Shown piece after piece: positions 51,392 to 64,000 of a stretch of DNA of 64,000 nucleotides (within the stretch, counting starts at the first letter, position 1; every line of letters begins with the position of its first letter). The notes beneath the pieces are model-generated. The model had not been told where the DNA came from and did no database searches. It saw only the letters and a program-made list of their open reading frames with translations. The DNA lies in the NCBI RefSeq assembly GCF_964355755.1, contig NC_092675.1, positions 21,238,912-21,302,911 on the forward strand, given 5' to 3'. A program made the position numbers and the translations under genes. The stretch is from Antedon mediterranea. Its lineage: Eukaryota > Animalia > Echinodermata.

Positions 51392-54300
51392 TTAATTGCT
51401 ATCAATGGTTGTGCGTCTCAAACTCTCCAATAATTCTTCAGAAATTCCGGAATCTTTAAGTGAATCTAGATAGTCTTTCGACAAAGGTTTAAGTTGCGAG
51501 GCTGAGTAGGTCAATGACCTTTCATGAATGATATCCACAGCATCAGTCCTACCCATCATGCTCAGTGTATTTTTCAATTCTTCAAGTGTTCCATCAATTT
51601 TCTTTGAAAAAGAAGTTTATAAACATAAAATTGAATAAACATGTCAAGATATTGTATAATGACATGCCTGAATAAAATTCTAAAAACTCTCTAGATAGAA
51701 AATGGCACTTAAAGAAAATGGAGGTTCATTCGAAAAATTCGAACCTCTACTTACTACAGGCTTATTATGCTACTACTGTATGCTTACAAACATCATGCAC
51801 CCAGATGCTTTCAATATATTGCGTTATTACCTCAAAATGATACAGTAAATCCAGTGTTGGGCTGTTAGCCTTCCTGAGATAATTGACAATATCACCCAGT
51901 TCAACTCTTTTAGCTACCTCAACCCAGGAATCATTTTGATCGAGCAGTCGGGCTAGCTTGTCCAGGGTGATTGGATCACAAAATGATGTTGTGCCTAAAA
52001 TCAGAAAATAAGTACAGGAAAAAAAAAAATAAAAAAATTAGAGGGTGGTTTAAAGATTATTAGCAGCTTTCGAGAGCGAGTGAGTGGTCGAGCGGTTAAG
52101 ACACGGGGCCCTCTGGGAGAACAGTCTTAGACTGAAGAGGCTACCCAGTATAAATAATAAATAAAAACCATGTATTAGTTCTATTGGTGTGCCTATCATT
52201 ATAATTTTGTTTTTAAACTTTTAATTAGCAGTCTAATACCATTACCATTTTGCATTACACATAGTACTCTAAAATCCAGATCCAATTATAATCTCTAGTA
52301 ATCTCTAGACAACATCAAACTTCATTAATATTTTAGAAAATGTGTATAGAAGAAAATGTCTTACTTGAATCAATCTTGAATGAGTCACATGTGCCAGTGA
52401 ACTCTGACCCCAGCATGAACTCTGACATTATATCTGTGGTGGATGGACCTTTGATAAAAGGCTCACCGTTTAAAAGTTGTCTCATCTATAAAAAGAAATA
52501 TTAGTGTGGTGTAGTTTTACAATGTTATAAAAAAAATATATAATTTGACTGAAAATACGATTATTGCAAAAAACAATCCTAAATACAAAAATACCAAATT
52601 GTACAAAAATTCAATTGAGCCACAGTGATAATCATTATCATTAAAATTGGTTTTGAAATATATGACACAAGGAAAATGAAAAGAATAAATAATCACACAT
52701 TACATTTCTATTGTAATCAATAATATGGATTTAATTCTATACCTCTTCTGTTGACGCCAAATCCAATGATGTCTTCCCACATACCCCATCATCACTTATG
52801 TCCATATTTGGATCTTCGTCATTTTCATCATCTGATGAATCTGAACTGTCAATGTACGTGTCGTAATTCTCCTTCAGGGGGTCTGCGTGAGAGGCTAGAA
52901 GCAGTGCAGCCACAGCAACGAGGTTTCTCCCGGTTGCAAGATGTAATGCAGTGTTCCCATTGAACGTTGCTTCATGAACGTTTGCATTAGTGTCGAGAAG
53001 GAGGTATCCCAAAATTCCAAAGTCCTGTTTCTCTACTGCAAAATGTAATGCTGTGTATCCACTGGTACCATCCTAAAAATGTACACAAGAAAATGTTATT
53101 ATTGTTGAGTTAAGTGGTTGTGAAATTAAGCCAGGGGCATCGCGAATCATAGCCAAAAAATCAGCACAGTTTTAAGCCTCTCCCCAACCATAGTTCTGGT
53201 TGGTTTTACATAAGGGCTTAAAATTTGAGCTCCATTGTACGCACTTTAAACCCACTAAATATGCGCGTTGAGATGGTTGTCACTGTAGAAAGTGCATACG
53301 AATCCAGTATCAAACTAAACATACTCTATCATTAAATCTTTTTTAAACTGTAATCTCTTGGAATGTCTGTAGTGAGCTATGAATATGTATTCTGTATGAA
53401 ATAAACTGCATACAATTCCAAATACAGATTTTGGGAACCTAAGAGGATGTACATATACATAATACCATGCAAATATCCTCGCAACCAACATACTACTAGC
53501 TACAGACAGTATACTTACTTGTATGTCAATATTACACTGAGCACGACAGAGAGCTTTCACAGACTTAAGATCTCCATTCCGACAGGCGATGTGTATAGGA
53601 GCAAATCCTGAACACAAAAGCAAAGAATTTTTAACAACGTAATACTGTACTGTATCTAGTGTTAAAACATTTGAAGAAAAGATGAGAACACTACCCTAAA
53701 GCTCTGTCTACACTATCAAAAAAATGTGATGTGCCCATATATGGACATGATGATGTCATATCACTACTAGTACTATATTTGGGCATATCACTTCCATTAT
53801 TTACCTCCGCCAAGGAGGTATATGTAATCGATCGCGTGGGTTTGTTTGTCTGTCTGTTTGTTTGTTAGCAGGATTACTCAAAAAGTAATTACAAGATCTT
53901 TACCAAAATGAATATACGGATAGATATGTGTTCAAGGACCATTCCATTAAATTTTGGGACCATTTGGGACCATGGTCCCAATTCTGGACCACTTTTTTAG
54001 TATACTATTCAGACCTGCTAGTGTTAAAAGATAGGACAGAATTTTCCAAAAGCCGGCGAGCAGTCTTAAAGTAACAAATAAACTAAAATTGCATTTTCTC
54101 GAGAACTACTTGTCCAAAAAACTTCATTTTTGTACAAGAGGCAAGAGTTATAACTTGTGATTTGTAAATTTAAAACATAATTCGATTTAATGTGCACGTT
54201 TTTTGATGCGAGTAGTTTAAAAAACCTATTTCTTTTCAAATTCACTCGTTTGATTTTCGCGTTGCTGTTCTATTGTTAGTCAACTGAAGCTATTGTTAAT

Positions 54301-57300
54301 TGAAAGGCTTGTTACATAGCCATTACACCAAACTCGCATACACATGCTTGTAGTGAAATTAGCCTAAATCACAAACAGCATCAAGACACACACAAATATA
54401 TATATATATTTCTTTTTGACCGGAGAAATCTTATGTAGGAGAATTTCACAGTAGGCGAAGGTATGCACTCCCGGAGTGTCTTTCTAGTTTTGGTGTGTCA
54501 CACTTTTTTTGTCAAACTAGTTTAATAGTGTAGACAGAGGGTCGATGAATACCAATTATTTAATTAAGTAAGTATCAAGCTATTTTGTTTTGCCAATTTT
54601 AACAACCAGGCCATCTGGGACTATATTTGTTCATATACAGTTAGTACTATAGTGCTATAAAACAAAGAAAACAAATATACTACTAATAAGACTAACCCTT
54701 ATGGTTGAGCATATTAACATCTGCCTGTAACGTAGCAGAAGATATTGAGTTTTGAAGAAGAGCATTGACTGAAGCGATGTTACCATACTGAATGGAAAGA
54801 TGCAGTGGTGTGTTGCCATGTTGGTCTGCTATGTTAGGGTCAGCTCCATTGCTCATCAATAGTTCCACTGTGTTTGGTTTGTTTGTGATAACAGCCAAGT
54901 GTAAAGGTGTCTGAAAATAAAATATAACATAAAATATAGTATGCATTACCAGCTAACATTACCTTTTAAAGCTCTGTCTACAGTATCAAACTTTATGTGA
55001 CAAAAAAATGTGATGTACTCATATATGGACATGATGATATCATATCACTATCATATCTAGGCATACCACTACCATGCACATTCAACAGCTAGTAACTTGC
55101 CAATTACAGGAGGGATATTAAAACTGTACCATGCTTTAATATTGAGAAACATTTGTCAAATCATGGAGTATAAACTCTAGCTCTACTTTAGGTAAGGATT
55201 GAATTCAGTGGCCAGGAAAGCATGTCAAACACCAAGTCAATACTAAATACCACAATTGGCAATACATTTCTGTTATTAAAGAATATCACCAACAGTTATT
55301 TCGAACAACCATTTTAGAAAATTAACTTTAGTATGTAGAAAATAGATTGTATGTAGATTTGTAACTGCTTGCTAAAGATTTTATATACTGACCTGTTGGA
55401 GATCATTAGGCATGTCAATGATATCCTGGTTTGGCAACTGCACAATTATAGCTAAAATAGCCTTGGTTACCTCATATTCTTGATGAATGATTGACATGTG
55501 TAGACACCTACAATAAAGCAGTTTGTTAAATTAAAAAATACAATGACAATCCCCTACTCTTCAGTTCTCTATATACATATGCATTTTTGCAATTTCAATA
55601 TACATACGTATCACCAAAGTCATCTTGAACAGCCAGAAGATGGCGTTGTACTGCCAAAATCATCTTGACATCGCCTGTGATGGCGTAGTCGTACAGAGCT
55701 CTTGAGGTATTCTCAGCCAGTAACAAAAGGTTGTCAGTATAGTCTGTTAAAAATATTGTATTTTTTATTATTATTTAACATTTATTTTGAATTTGATTTA
55801 TAAGGCATTAGAGTCAAGTTGCCCAGTGGATAGGGTATGGCAAACCATGGATATGTATTCATTATTACTATAAATATCCAAACAAACTAACCAGTTTGAA
55901 CTGCACAATGACTGTATGGTTTCACCAATCTTTCCGATGCTGATATTACCATCTTGGAGCTAATAGGTATTGGCTCATGTTCTAGAAGACAAGAATAACA
56001 AATGGCATTAATAACATTATGCAAATTAGTATGTTAATGAGGCATTTTAAATGATTTTACTATAGTGTGAAAACACAATAACAAAGTATAGTATTACCTG
56101 GAGGGGAAGAATCTGTTTCAAGATCACTATCCCCACTGTCTGATGTGTCCATGTTACTAGGTTTATTTAGGCCTCTTGAGACAAGCTTAGTAACTTCACC
56201 ATTAGATGGCTTAGGCCCTCTGTGAATAAGCTTTATGTCTGGATCATCAGGGCTAGCAGCACGGGCAATGAAGTTTGGAAACTGCATTGCATTTTGAGGC
56301 TGGTTTTGTGGTTGTCGCTGTCGATGTTGTTGTTGCCGCTGCTGTTGTTGCTGCTGTTGTTGCTGCTGCTGCGGTAAGACAGGTTGCATGTTAAATCCAG
56401 GTAGTGTTGGGGTTGCGATTATTCTGCCTTGTTGTTGCATCTGAGTTGTAGGAATTGTAGGTAAGTTGTGCTGATACATATTTTCAGATTGGTTGAATGG
56501 AGATGGTTGTCTTTCTTGCATGGCAACACCTAGAGGAAAAAAATTACCAAATTACATTTTTTAGATTAATGTATGTTGTATATCATAGGAAAAATATATA
56601 ATTGTTTAAAACGTTGACATGAGAGGTTGTCTTTATTATTCTTTAGCGTACCGTTAATCTGAACATCCATTGGACTATTAGCAGCCTCGTACACCATGTG
56701 CCGTACATTACCCGAATGTCCAAACTGAAAATCTATATTAGGCAAAGAGATTAATAATATTAGATAAGAAAAGATATAAATTTTATAGGTTTATTATTTA
56801 ATATCATTTCACGTTTACAACTGAGGTAAACATGAAATTTGAGTATGTTCATGTTTTATGTTGTTTTCATATTTAGATCATAAGTTTACACATTTTTTAC
56901 AGTATAAGAGCTTCATATCTAAAGTGATTTTAAACCAATCTGAAATATATATATATATATTTTTATGAAAAATCTCTTTAATCAAGTTAATTGTTTAATT
57001 TGGAATGTTTCTGAATTCTATTATTATTATTCAATATGACCATCATATATGTTAATAAACTTAATATTACAAAACATACTGGATGAAACTATCGATTATG
57101 CTAAAGTTAAAATAAAAAAAACCACTTACTTAATCCACCACCTCCACCTCCAAGTCCGTCACTTCCCCCTCCTCCTCCGCCTGCGCCCCCACCTCCTTGA
57201 AATCTCTGACCCATTGGCCCAAAGTGCTGCGTGAAATGTGGCAATATCTTCTGTCTTTTTTTATTGATTTCGTCTTTATCTGATAAAAGCAAAATCATTG

Positions 57301-60300
57301 TTATTTTTTTGTTTCTCAGCAGTTCTTGTCAGAACTTCATACATGACTTGTGTGTACCTCAAACTTATATGATTGATTACGTCTTTATCTGATAAAAGCA
57401 ACATCATTATTATTTCTTTTTTGTTTTTTTGTTTCTCAGCAGTTCTTGTCAGAACTTCATACATGACTTGTGTGCACCTCAAACTTATATCATCATATTG
57501 ATTTTTGCCGAATTTGTACTTTTTTTTGTATATTTAAAAAAAAAAAAATATTATAGTACATAGTATATTTACCATTGAAGTTCTACCATTTTTGGTTACT
57601 GAAGGCAAAAAATACATTTCCACCTTTAGTAACAAACACTATGCTATGTGAAAACAATGTATAGCTGTTATTTACTATAGATACAGCACCCTCTATGCTA
57701 AACAGAAGATTTCGAGTTTGAATCTCAATTGAGTGTGCTTTTTCTCATTCTCACAGATTTTCTTATCTTAAACATTTATAAGTTACAGTTACACTTACTT
57801 AATGGTCTTAGAGAGTAACGAAATGGGTTTGGTTCGCTCATTTCTTGCTATACTATTAGTGCACGAACAAAATATGCCCTAATTTTGTGTTCAAGGAATG
57901 TACTGTAGCTTATACCAAAGTTATTTGAGTAAAGTAATACACTTACCAAATGGTCTTGGAAAGTAACAAAACGGTTTTGGTTCGCTCTTTTCTTTAGTTG
58001 ACCTGCGCATAAGCTGAATATGAACATGCACAGGTTTCAATATATCTCCATTTTTGTATTTTGGTGTCTTGAACACAATGGCATACTGTAGTAGTATAAA
58101 AAGCATTTGAAATACTATTTTTAATTATATAAAATTTATGTCTACTTTTTCAAGAATTACACTATTCAATTATTATTTTTCTCTCATAATTTATAATAGC
58201 AGTTATAATATTTATTTGGCAACAAGTTAAATTAGTAAATATTATATTCAATATGAGTCTACAATAGAAAACTGGTTTTGCAACATCATTAACACATAAT
58301 AGAAACCCAATCAAAAGTACAATCACACTACAGGCATTATAACACACATTATGGGGTAAACCCCTGTGAAACAAAACAACTTGCATTATCAATCATAATA
58401 AGAGGGAGAGCGAGAGAGATTAAGTTTGTCCATTAAAACAATTGTATACGCATCCACACGCAAAGTATCAAAATGACCGGAATTGTACTGGAAAGTTTTT
58501 AACTTCCTCCTGAAGGGGTTGGTGATATGGGGAGGGAAACTGCCCTGGAACAGGTATTTACACTTGCAATATATGTATATAAAAATGTTAACTGTAATAG
58601 TTTTAGATAAAAAGTTTATTGAGATGGGTTTTTCAAACTCTGAAATGTAAACATGTTGCCTGTTTTCATTTGGGAAGTTCCATTATTCATTCTGGGTAAA
58701 ATAGGATATGATGAATATTGATCTTAACATTTAAGTATGATATCTCATCATATTGTCTACCTGTCTGTGGACATCTGTTGGTCCAAAATCAGCAAAGCCT
58801 TCCCAGCTTTGAGTATTTTCATCAGTTGATGTCTCAAAGAAACGGACTTGAATATCATCCTTTTGTACCTTGTCACAGAGCATGTACACTTCGTCCCCGC
58901 CTTCTGCCGACCCAGATGTACGGTCCATGCGACAAATCTTTAATGTCGTTGCATTAGGTGCTTCTGTTATAATACAATAATGAAATGAAACAGATTTTAC
59001 AACAAATTAAGAATTTAATATGTATAAAAGTTTTTATTACATATCAACGAAACTGGTTTAAAATTCGAGCTGTGCTAAAATTAAACTATTATTTAGGTGG
59101 ACCACCTTGGATTGATGATTAAATGGATAATGCTATTTTACTTACTGCTGTCATAAATAGGCACTGAAATTACTGGCGGAAGAGGTTGTGTGAAGTGGCC
59201 ATTGTTATCTGGCAAAAAAGCCTGGAAACACAACCGGACAGATGCCAAGTCCATGTCTTTAGCAAGATCTTTTGCCCGCTGCTCTGCAACAGAGTCCGTC
59301 AACTGGTCACTGCTCTGTCCCCAGAGGTTCTTGGATGTCTCCTGATAGTCAAACATTCGTTTCTTTAGGATAGGAATAACATTCTTCTTTGTTATGTGTA
59401 GTATTCCAAGGTTTGGAAAGCTGAAAAGGTAAAAATAATTAAAATGAACAATTAGCTTATCAGCCATTCAATGTTATATGATAATTAATGTATTCATGCT
59501 GGGTTAAGTGTGGGGTTACCAAGATCAGATTAGGACTTCTTTCAATTCAGTTTCTCTTTATAAACATCTGTGTACTTACCTTGCAGTCATGTCAGTAGGC
59601 CCAACTTGTACAGAGCAGATGCCATTGGTGCAATGCTTGCCTACCAGACTATGGGCATGAGGCCTAGGCATTTCCTCGTTAGTGACAAGAGAGACAACAA
59701 TCCTTGCTACACCTTTGTAGTTAACAATCTAGATGTATAAACAAAATGGGAAAAAAATGTTTATGATTTATATCAATGTTGTTATATTTATACAGCACTT
59801 TTTAATCTGCAAATTGTCCCAAAGCCAAATTATTTTGTTGATCATATTTAATGAATGCCCAATAATGCATAGTTTGCTTTGTACATACAGCTCGAAAATT
59901 TTTGTAACGTTTCAGGTGGTCTGACAGGTGTGGTTTATGAAGGAAGGAAGAACTTGTTTATTAATAGGAAAAGACTATAACAATTAATTTTAGGCTGTGT
60001 AGTTTTAAGCCTACTTCATTTAAAAGTTAAGAAATCACAAATGATTTTAAATTTAAAATGTGTTTTACAGTACTATATAGTACTTTAGTAGTATTTGGGA
60101 GTGGAGTTTTTTTTTTTGGTTACAGAGAAAACATAATAAGGTCCAGGACTTGAATTCAGTTGCTGTAGTTATTTATCAAGAAAACTTAACTGAGATTTGT
60201 TTCATTAACTACTAATTATTTCACTTAAGTCAATATGGATTTCCATTAAGTGGTATTAACCTAAATAGAAAAAAATTTAATTTTTATGTATAATGGTAAA

Positions 60301-60926
60301 TATAGATACAGGAGCATATACTAATCTTACTTACTGCAAGTTAGATATTTCACTTTTGCCAATAAATTTATATGAAGGATTTCACTTAAGTGTTTATCAC
60401 CTAAAATAGGATCGTAGGTGAGAATCTATCATACAGTACACAGTATAATTAAAACCTACCTCAGTTGATGGATATGTTTTTTTTCCTCTTTCACTACTGA
60501 TTCCAGGAATTCCACCATGGGATTTTCCTTCACACTCATATCTGAACCGAAAGCCGTACTAAGGTTTAAAAAGAAATATTTAAAGCACTAATAATGATTT
60601 GGTATTAAGATATTAAAAGGTAAGGCATCACTGTACTGTATTACTGAAGCTATAGTATTATAAATTCTATCAGGTCTTGTCTTTTTATTAGGAGTGTGTT
60701 TGGTGAGTGATCGCACTCGCTAACCTCAAAAGAAAAGGCCTGTTCTATAATTGCTATTAATAAGGAAAGCATACAGTATAGAACTATAAATATGGTATAA
60801 TATAATAATTAGTATACTGTAATATCTCACCTGTTTTGGTTGCTCAATGATTCTAAGTTGAGGGGCGTTCATGTCCATATGGACATTAAGGCTAGGGTCA
60901 TAGCCAGGGTCAAATGGTACAGCCAT
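51392..60926 (-). CDS. NFKB1: NF-kappaB p105/p100-like precursor (~1030 aa, 18 coding exons)
   Basis: Exons 60926-60831, 60558-60460, 59728-59580, 59420-59146, 58963-58761, 58085-57947, 57279-57130, 56732-56652, 56529-56098, 55981-55892, 55743-55608, 55507-55393, 54910-54697, 53607-53519, 53072-52743, 52485-52365, 51994-51831, 51601-51392 (3093 nt, phases compatible). RHD ([47 protein letters not shown]), NLS KKRQK, Gly-rich region, ankyrins (TPLHLAV, GNTPLHL, GNTALHL), death-domain-like tail, DSGIS. Confidence 0.95.
52073..52165 (+). mobile_element. tRNA-derived SINE remnant
   Basis: A-box-like gtggtcgagcggttaagacac followed by an A-rich tail; internally deleted. Confidence 0.4.
53699..54539. 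mobile_element. MITE with TIR CTCTGTCTACACTAT / ATAGTGTAGACAGAG, split by a nested element
   Basis: 15-bp perfect inverted termini; family copies at 10604, 44879, 54969. Confidence 0.75.
53800..54488 (+). mobile_element. Helentron-associated (HINE/DINE-1-like) element nested in the MITE
   Basis: 5' ttacctccgccaaggaggt hairpin; (GT[T/C]T)n microsatellite; subterminal inverted ggcgaaggt; 3' hairpin cactc-ccg-gagtg, ending ctagtt. Confidence 0.75.
54969..55075 (+). mobile_element. MITE family partial copy
   Basis: aagctctgtctacagtatcaaactttatgtgacaaaaaaatgtgatg. Confidence 0.6.
57264..57490. repeat. ~110-bp tandem duplication spanning an NF-kappaB splice acceptor
   Basis: ttgatt(t/a)cgtctttatctgataaaagc..ctcaaacttatat at 57264-57372 and 57373-57490. 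Confidence 0.9.
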
Positions 60927-62689
60927 CTTTTGAATGATTTACTTTAGTCTGAAAGACAGAATAATTATACAAAATAAATACCCAGCTGTAAAGTTGAATA
61001 TCTTGATGTTTCCATGCCGGTATTCTACTCTGCAGAAATGAAGACAATGCAGAGATAAAAGCAAATATTATAATATATTCAAAATTTACTTTGAATTATA
61101 AAAACATCTTCTGTCAAATCACACCATGCAAAATAGGTAATAAAAAGTATATTTGCAAATAACAGTGTATAAACAATTAAAACTGAAATGAAACAGCTCT
61201 TTGTTTCCTTGGTAAACAAAGTGATGAGTTTATATTATTAACTTTGATCTCACCTGGCCTTTATGACCAAATTAGGAATTTATTTGTCTTCTACTGTATA
61301 TATCTTGCGGGTATTAAAAGTATACTTTCAGGGGCAGATCTAGGATTCTGTTAAATGGGGGAACGCAAACATATAATGTAAATAGTCGGTTAAAAAATAA
61401 TATTTCATTTTTAGTTGTCAAAATTGGGGACGGCGGGAGCTTGTGCCCCTGTGCCACTTTAATAATAGCCAATTGAATGAAAATTCTTTATTTATAAACA
61501 CACATTTTTAATTCCAACTGATGTACTTTACACACACACACCCAAACAGTAAATTGCTTTTAAATAATGTTAATTTTTAAACACATATTATTCTGTATTA
61601 AACAAGGAAGTAAGCAATACTTTTTTAAATTCTGAATATTGGGCGATAGTTCAGGAGGTAAATGAAAGAAGCTACCTGGAGTGATCTCTGTTACTTGAAT
61701 GAATCGTAATTAATGGTGGGGCATAAAGCTACCTGTATCAGTCACACAGGAAAATAGCTGTAGATTTAAATCCATTGTGGTCTAAGTATGTATTCTCTTA
61801 AACCCCGCTGTTAGGAGGCAGGGTCTTTTCTTTTCTTTTGGGGAACCTTCTTTATTCCCCTAGTGAATTGTATGCGATACTATAATAGTATCTCAATGGT
61901 ATTGTTATAACTAAAATGGCAATTTTTAATGAAACATGTATTTAAAGTAGACCATATCTTTGGAATGGTGGAACATGAAAGTGTCACACATTCAGGTCAA
62001 TCAAAGTAAGATCAAACACATGCAAAGTTTGCGCAGCCAAATAAAATTTGGTTAGATTTTTCATCGAACAAAAAAAAAGATTTATAATAATTAATAATTT
62101 TCAGTACATTAGAATTTAATTGAAGGAGAAGTTAATAATAAAGTTAAATTAACAGAAGTCAATTACAGTACATATTGTAACCCTCAATTGTACAGTAATA
62201 GTGGTGGTACGTTCCCACTTAAGGGCGTGGTTGCGGAATAGTCCATTATGGTCCAGAAGTGTTATAGGAACTTTTACTTTTCGTATCTAAGCACTCCCAT
62301 TGAGAGCACAGGCTATTGTCGGTTTATCCAGGTAAGCTACAGAGGCACGATATAGACACACTATCTATGTTTTGTAAAATCAAGGAGGAATGATTCACTC
62401 TTCCCTGGTAAATTAGTATGTTTTGTTACATATTTTCTACAAAAAAAATATAAATTACATATACACATGTAGCTGTATTCATATCAAGTTTTTTTTATTT
62501 TTGACAACAAATCATTATTGTATAATACAATATAAAAACTTGCATCTATAATTATAGTAAAAAACCTTTTAAAAGAAAAATCACAATACTAATAGTAGCA
62601 CAGTACCTAATCACTGAGATTGGTTTCACAAAAGCATTTCCTTTGAACATTGTTTATCTTTCAATGAACTGACTATAAGGGAAAATTTA

Positions 62690-62699
62690 GGGACTTTCC
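62690..62699 (+). promoter_or_regulatory. Canonical kappaB site GGGACTTTCC
   Basis: Exact match to the Ig-kappa/HIV kappaB decamer, ~1.76 kb 5' of the NF-kappaB ATG; the first coding exon has an acceptor at ~60949, so this is 5'UTR intron or promoter. Confidence 0.6.
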
Positions 62700-64000
62700 C
62701 TAAACAGCATCCACCATATAAGGCAGCACAGATTGCACTTGTTACTAACTGTACTGTTGTTACTACTTAATTGCAATATCCTGTAGAAATGTAAACAAAG
62801 TTTTTGATTCTGTTTTGTTGCTTTCATAAATTAGAACTACTATGATATGTTATGATTTTTTATTTACTTTTCTGTTTATTTAATACTGTTTTGCATAGCA
62901 CTACTGTAGCAGACACATTAATGAACATTACTGTAGGCTAGTAAATATTGTCCTACTACAGTATGTACTGTATTAAGAGACTAGAATTGGATTTACTGTA
63001 CATGTATTAGGATAAATACACTATATTTTATACTTCTTATTGTTTCAATAAAAACAATTTACTTAATTATGAAAAAAAAGATCTGTCCATAAAATACAGT
63101 CTAGTTATTAACCATAACTATTGTGGAACAAATTAAACCAGATGATAAACTAAACACTTGTTTATCTTTCAAAGAAAGTAGTATTTGTGAACAAAATTTC
63201 CCTAGAATCGATTTGATCAAATAATGATTTACTTGATTACCACAATATGATCATAGAATATTTATATCAAAATTGCAGAACTGTAATCTTCAAGGTTTAC
63301 AAAACTCATATTGCAAAATTTGCTATGGCAACAGCGTAGTTAGTTTGTTTAAATATTATTAATATGTTTAATATTTCAATTGAAAGAAAGATCGCCATTT
63401 GTTGGTTTCAAAAGAATATTTCTGAGAACAAGATAGTTCTGTACTAAAAAATAAGTACCAATTGTAGTTATTAAAATATAGTTATCTTAAATCTAGCTTT
63501 CAATTGCAAATTTAATATTTGCCGACAAGTAAATTAGTTGCTTCTTAGAAAACTTAAAAAGTGATTTTAGTTTACTGTGGCTAGAAGTCATGAACAGTAA
63601 TTAATACATGCAAAAAGATAGATTAAAACAAAGGTACAGTAATTACAGTGTTTAAATCTTTTTTTCACTTCAACAGCGTTTTTGATTTGTGCAGTATTAG
63701 CATAGTTTTTTCAATTATTCATTTAAGTACAATATGTTTCATTCAATTATTTTGCAAATTTTGTCTGGTGAATTTTTCGCCAACTTTAACACTTTGTATT
63801 TATTTTCCTACAGTAACTGTACATCCTTAATTTGTTATCATCTTTTTCCTAAACAACTTCATTTGCCTAGCTGCTGTGTAAGTAAACATGCCTCTTCTTT
63901 GTGTCATTGGGCAAGTAGCTTTTAATTTACTCTCATTTCGGATAAACATTAAGAATACTGGTGTTTCTGTATGATTATTAATGATTGGTCAGACTCACCT

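Overview
AT-rich, intron-containing animal genomic DNA, probably an invertebrate deuterostome such as an echinoderm (inference only). The minus strand carries a head-to-tail array of six cytosolic sulfotransferase (SULT) paralogs with six coding exons each (7.3-46.0 kb). Five are intact and one is a pseudogene. Upstream of them is an 18-coding-exon NF-kappaB p105/p100-type gene (51.4-60.9 kb) with RHD, NLS, glycine-rich region, polyQ segment, ankyrin repeats, death domain and DSGIS degron. A perfect kappaB site lies 5' of its first coding exon. Introns and spacers hold three non-autonomous Helitrons (one confirmed by a paralogous empty site), three LINE fragments, a MITE family, a nested HINE, a foldback-like element and several tandem arrays. 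Paralog comparison shows recurrent micro-insertions at TA sites (TA>TAGGCCTA, TA>TACWGTA) that look like DNA-transposon excision footprints. All alignments were done by eye.
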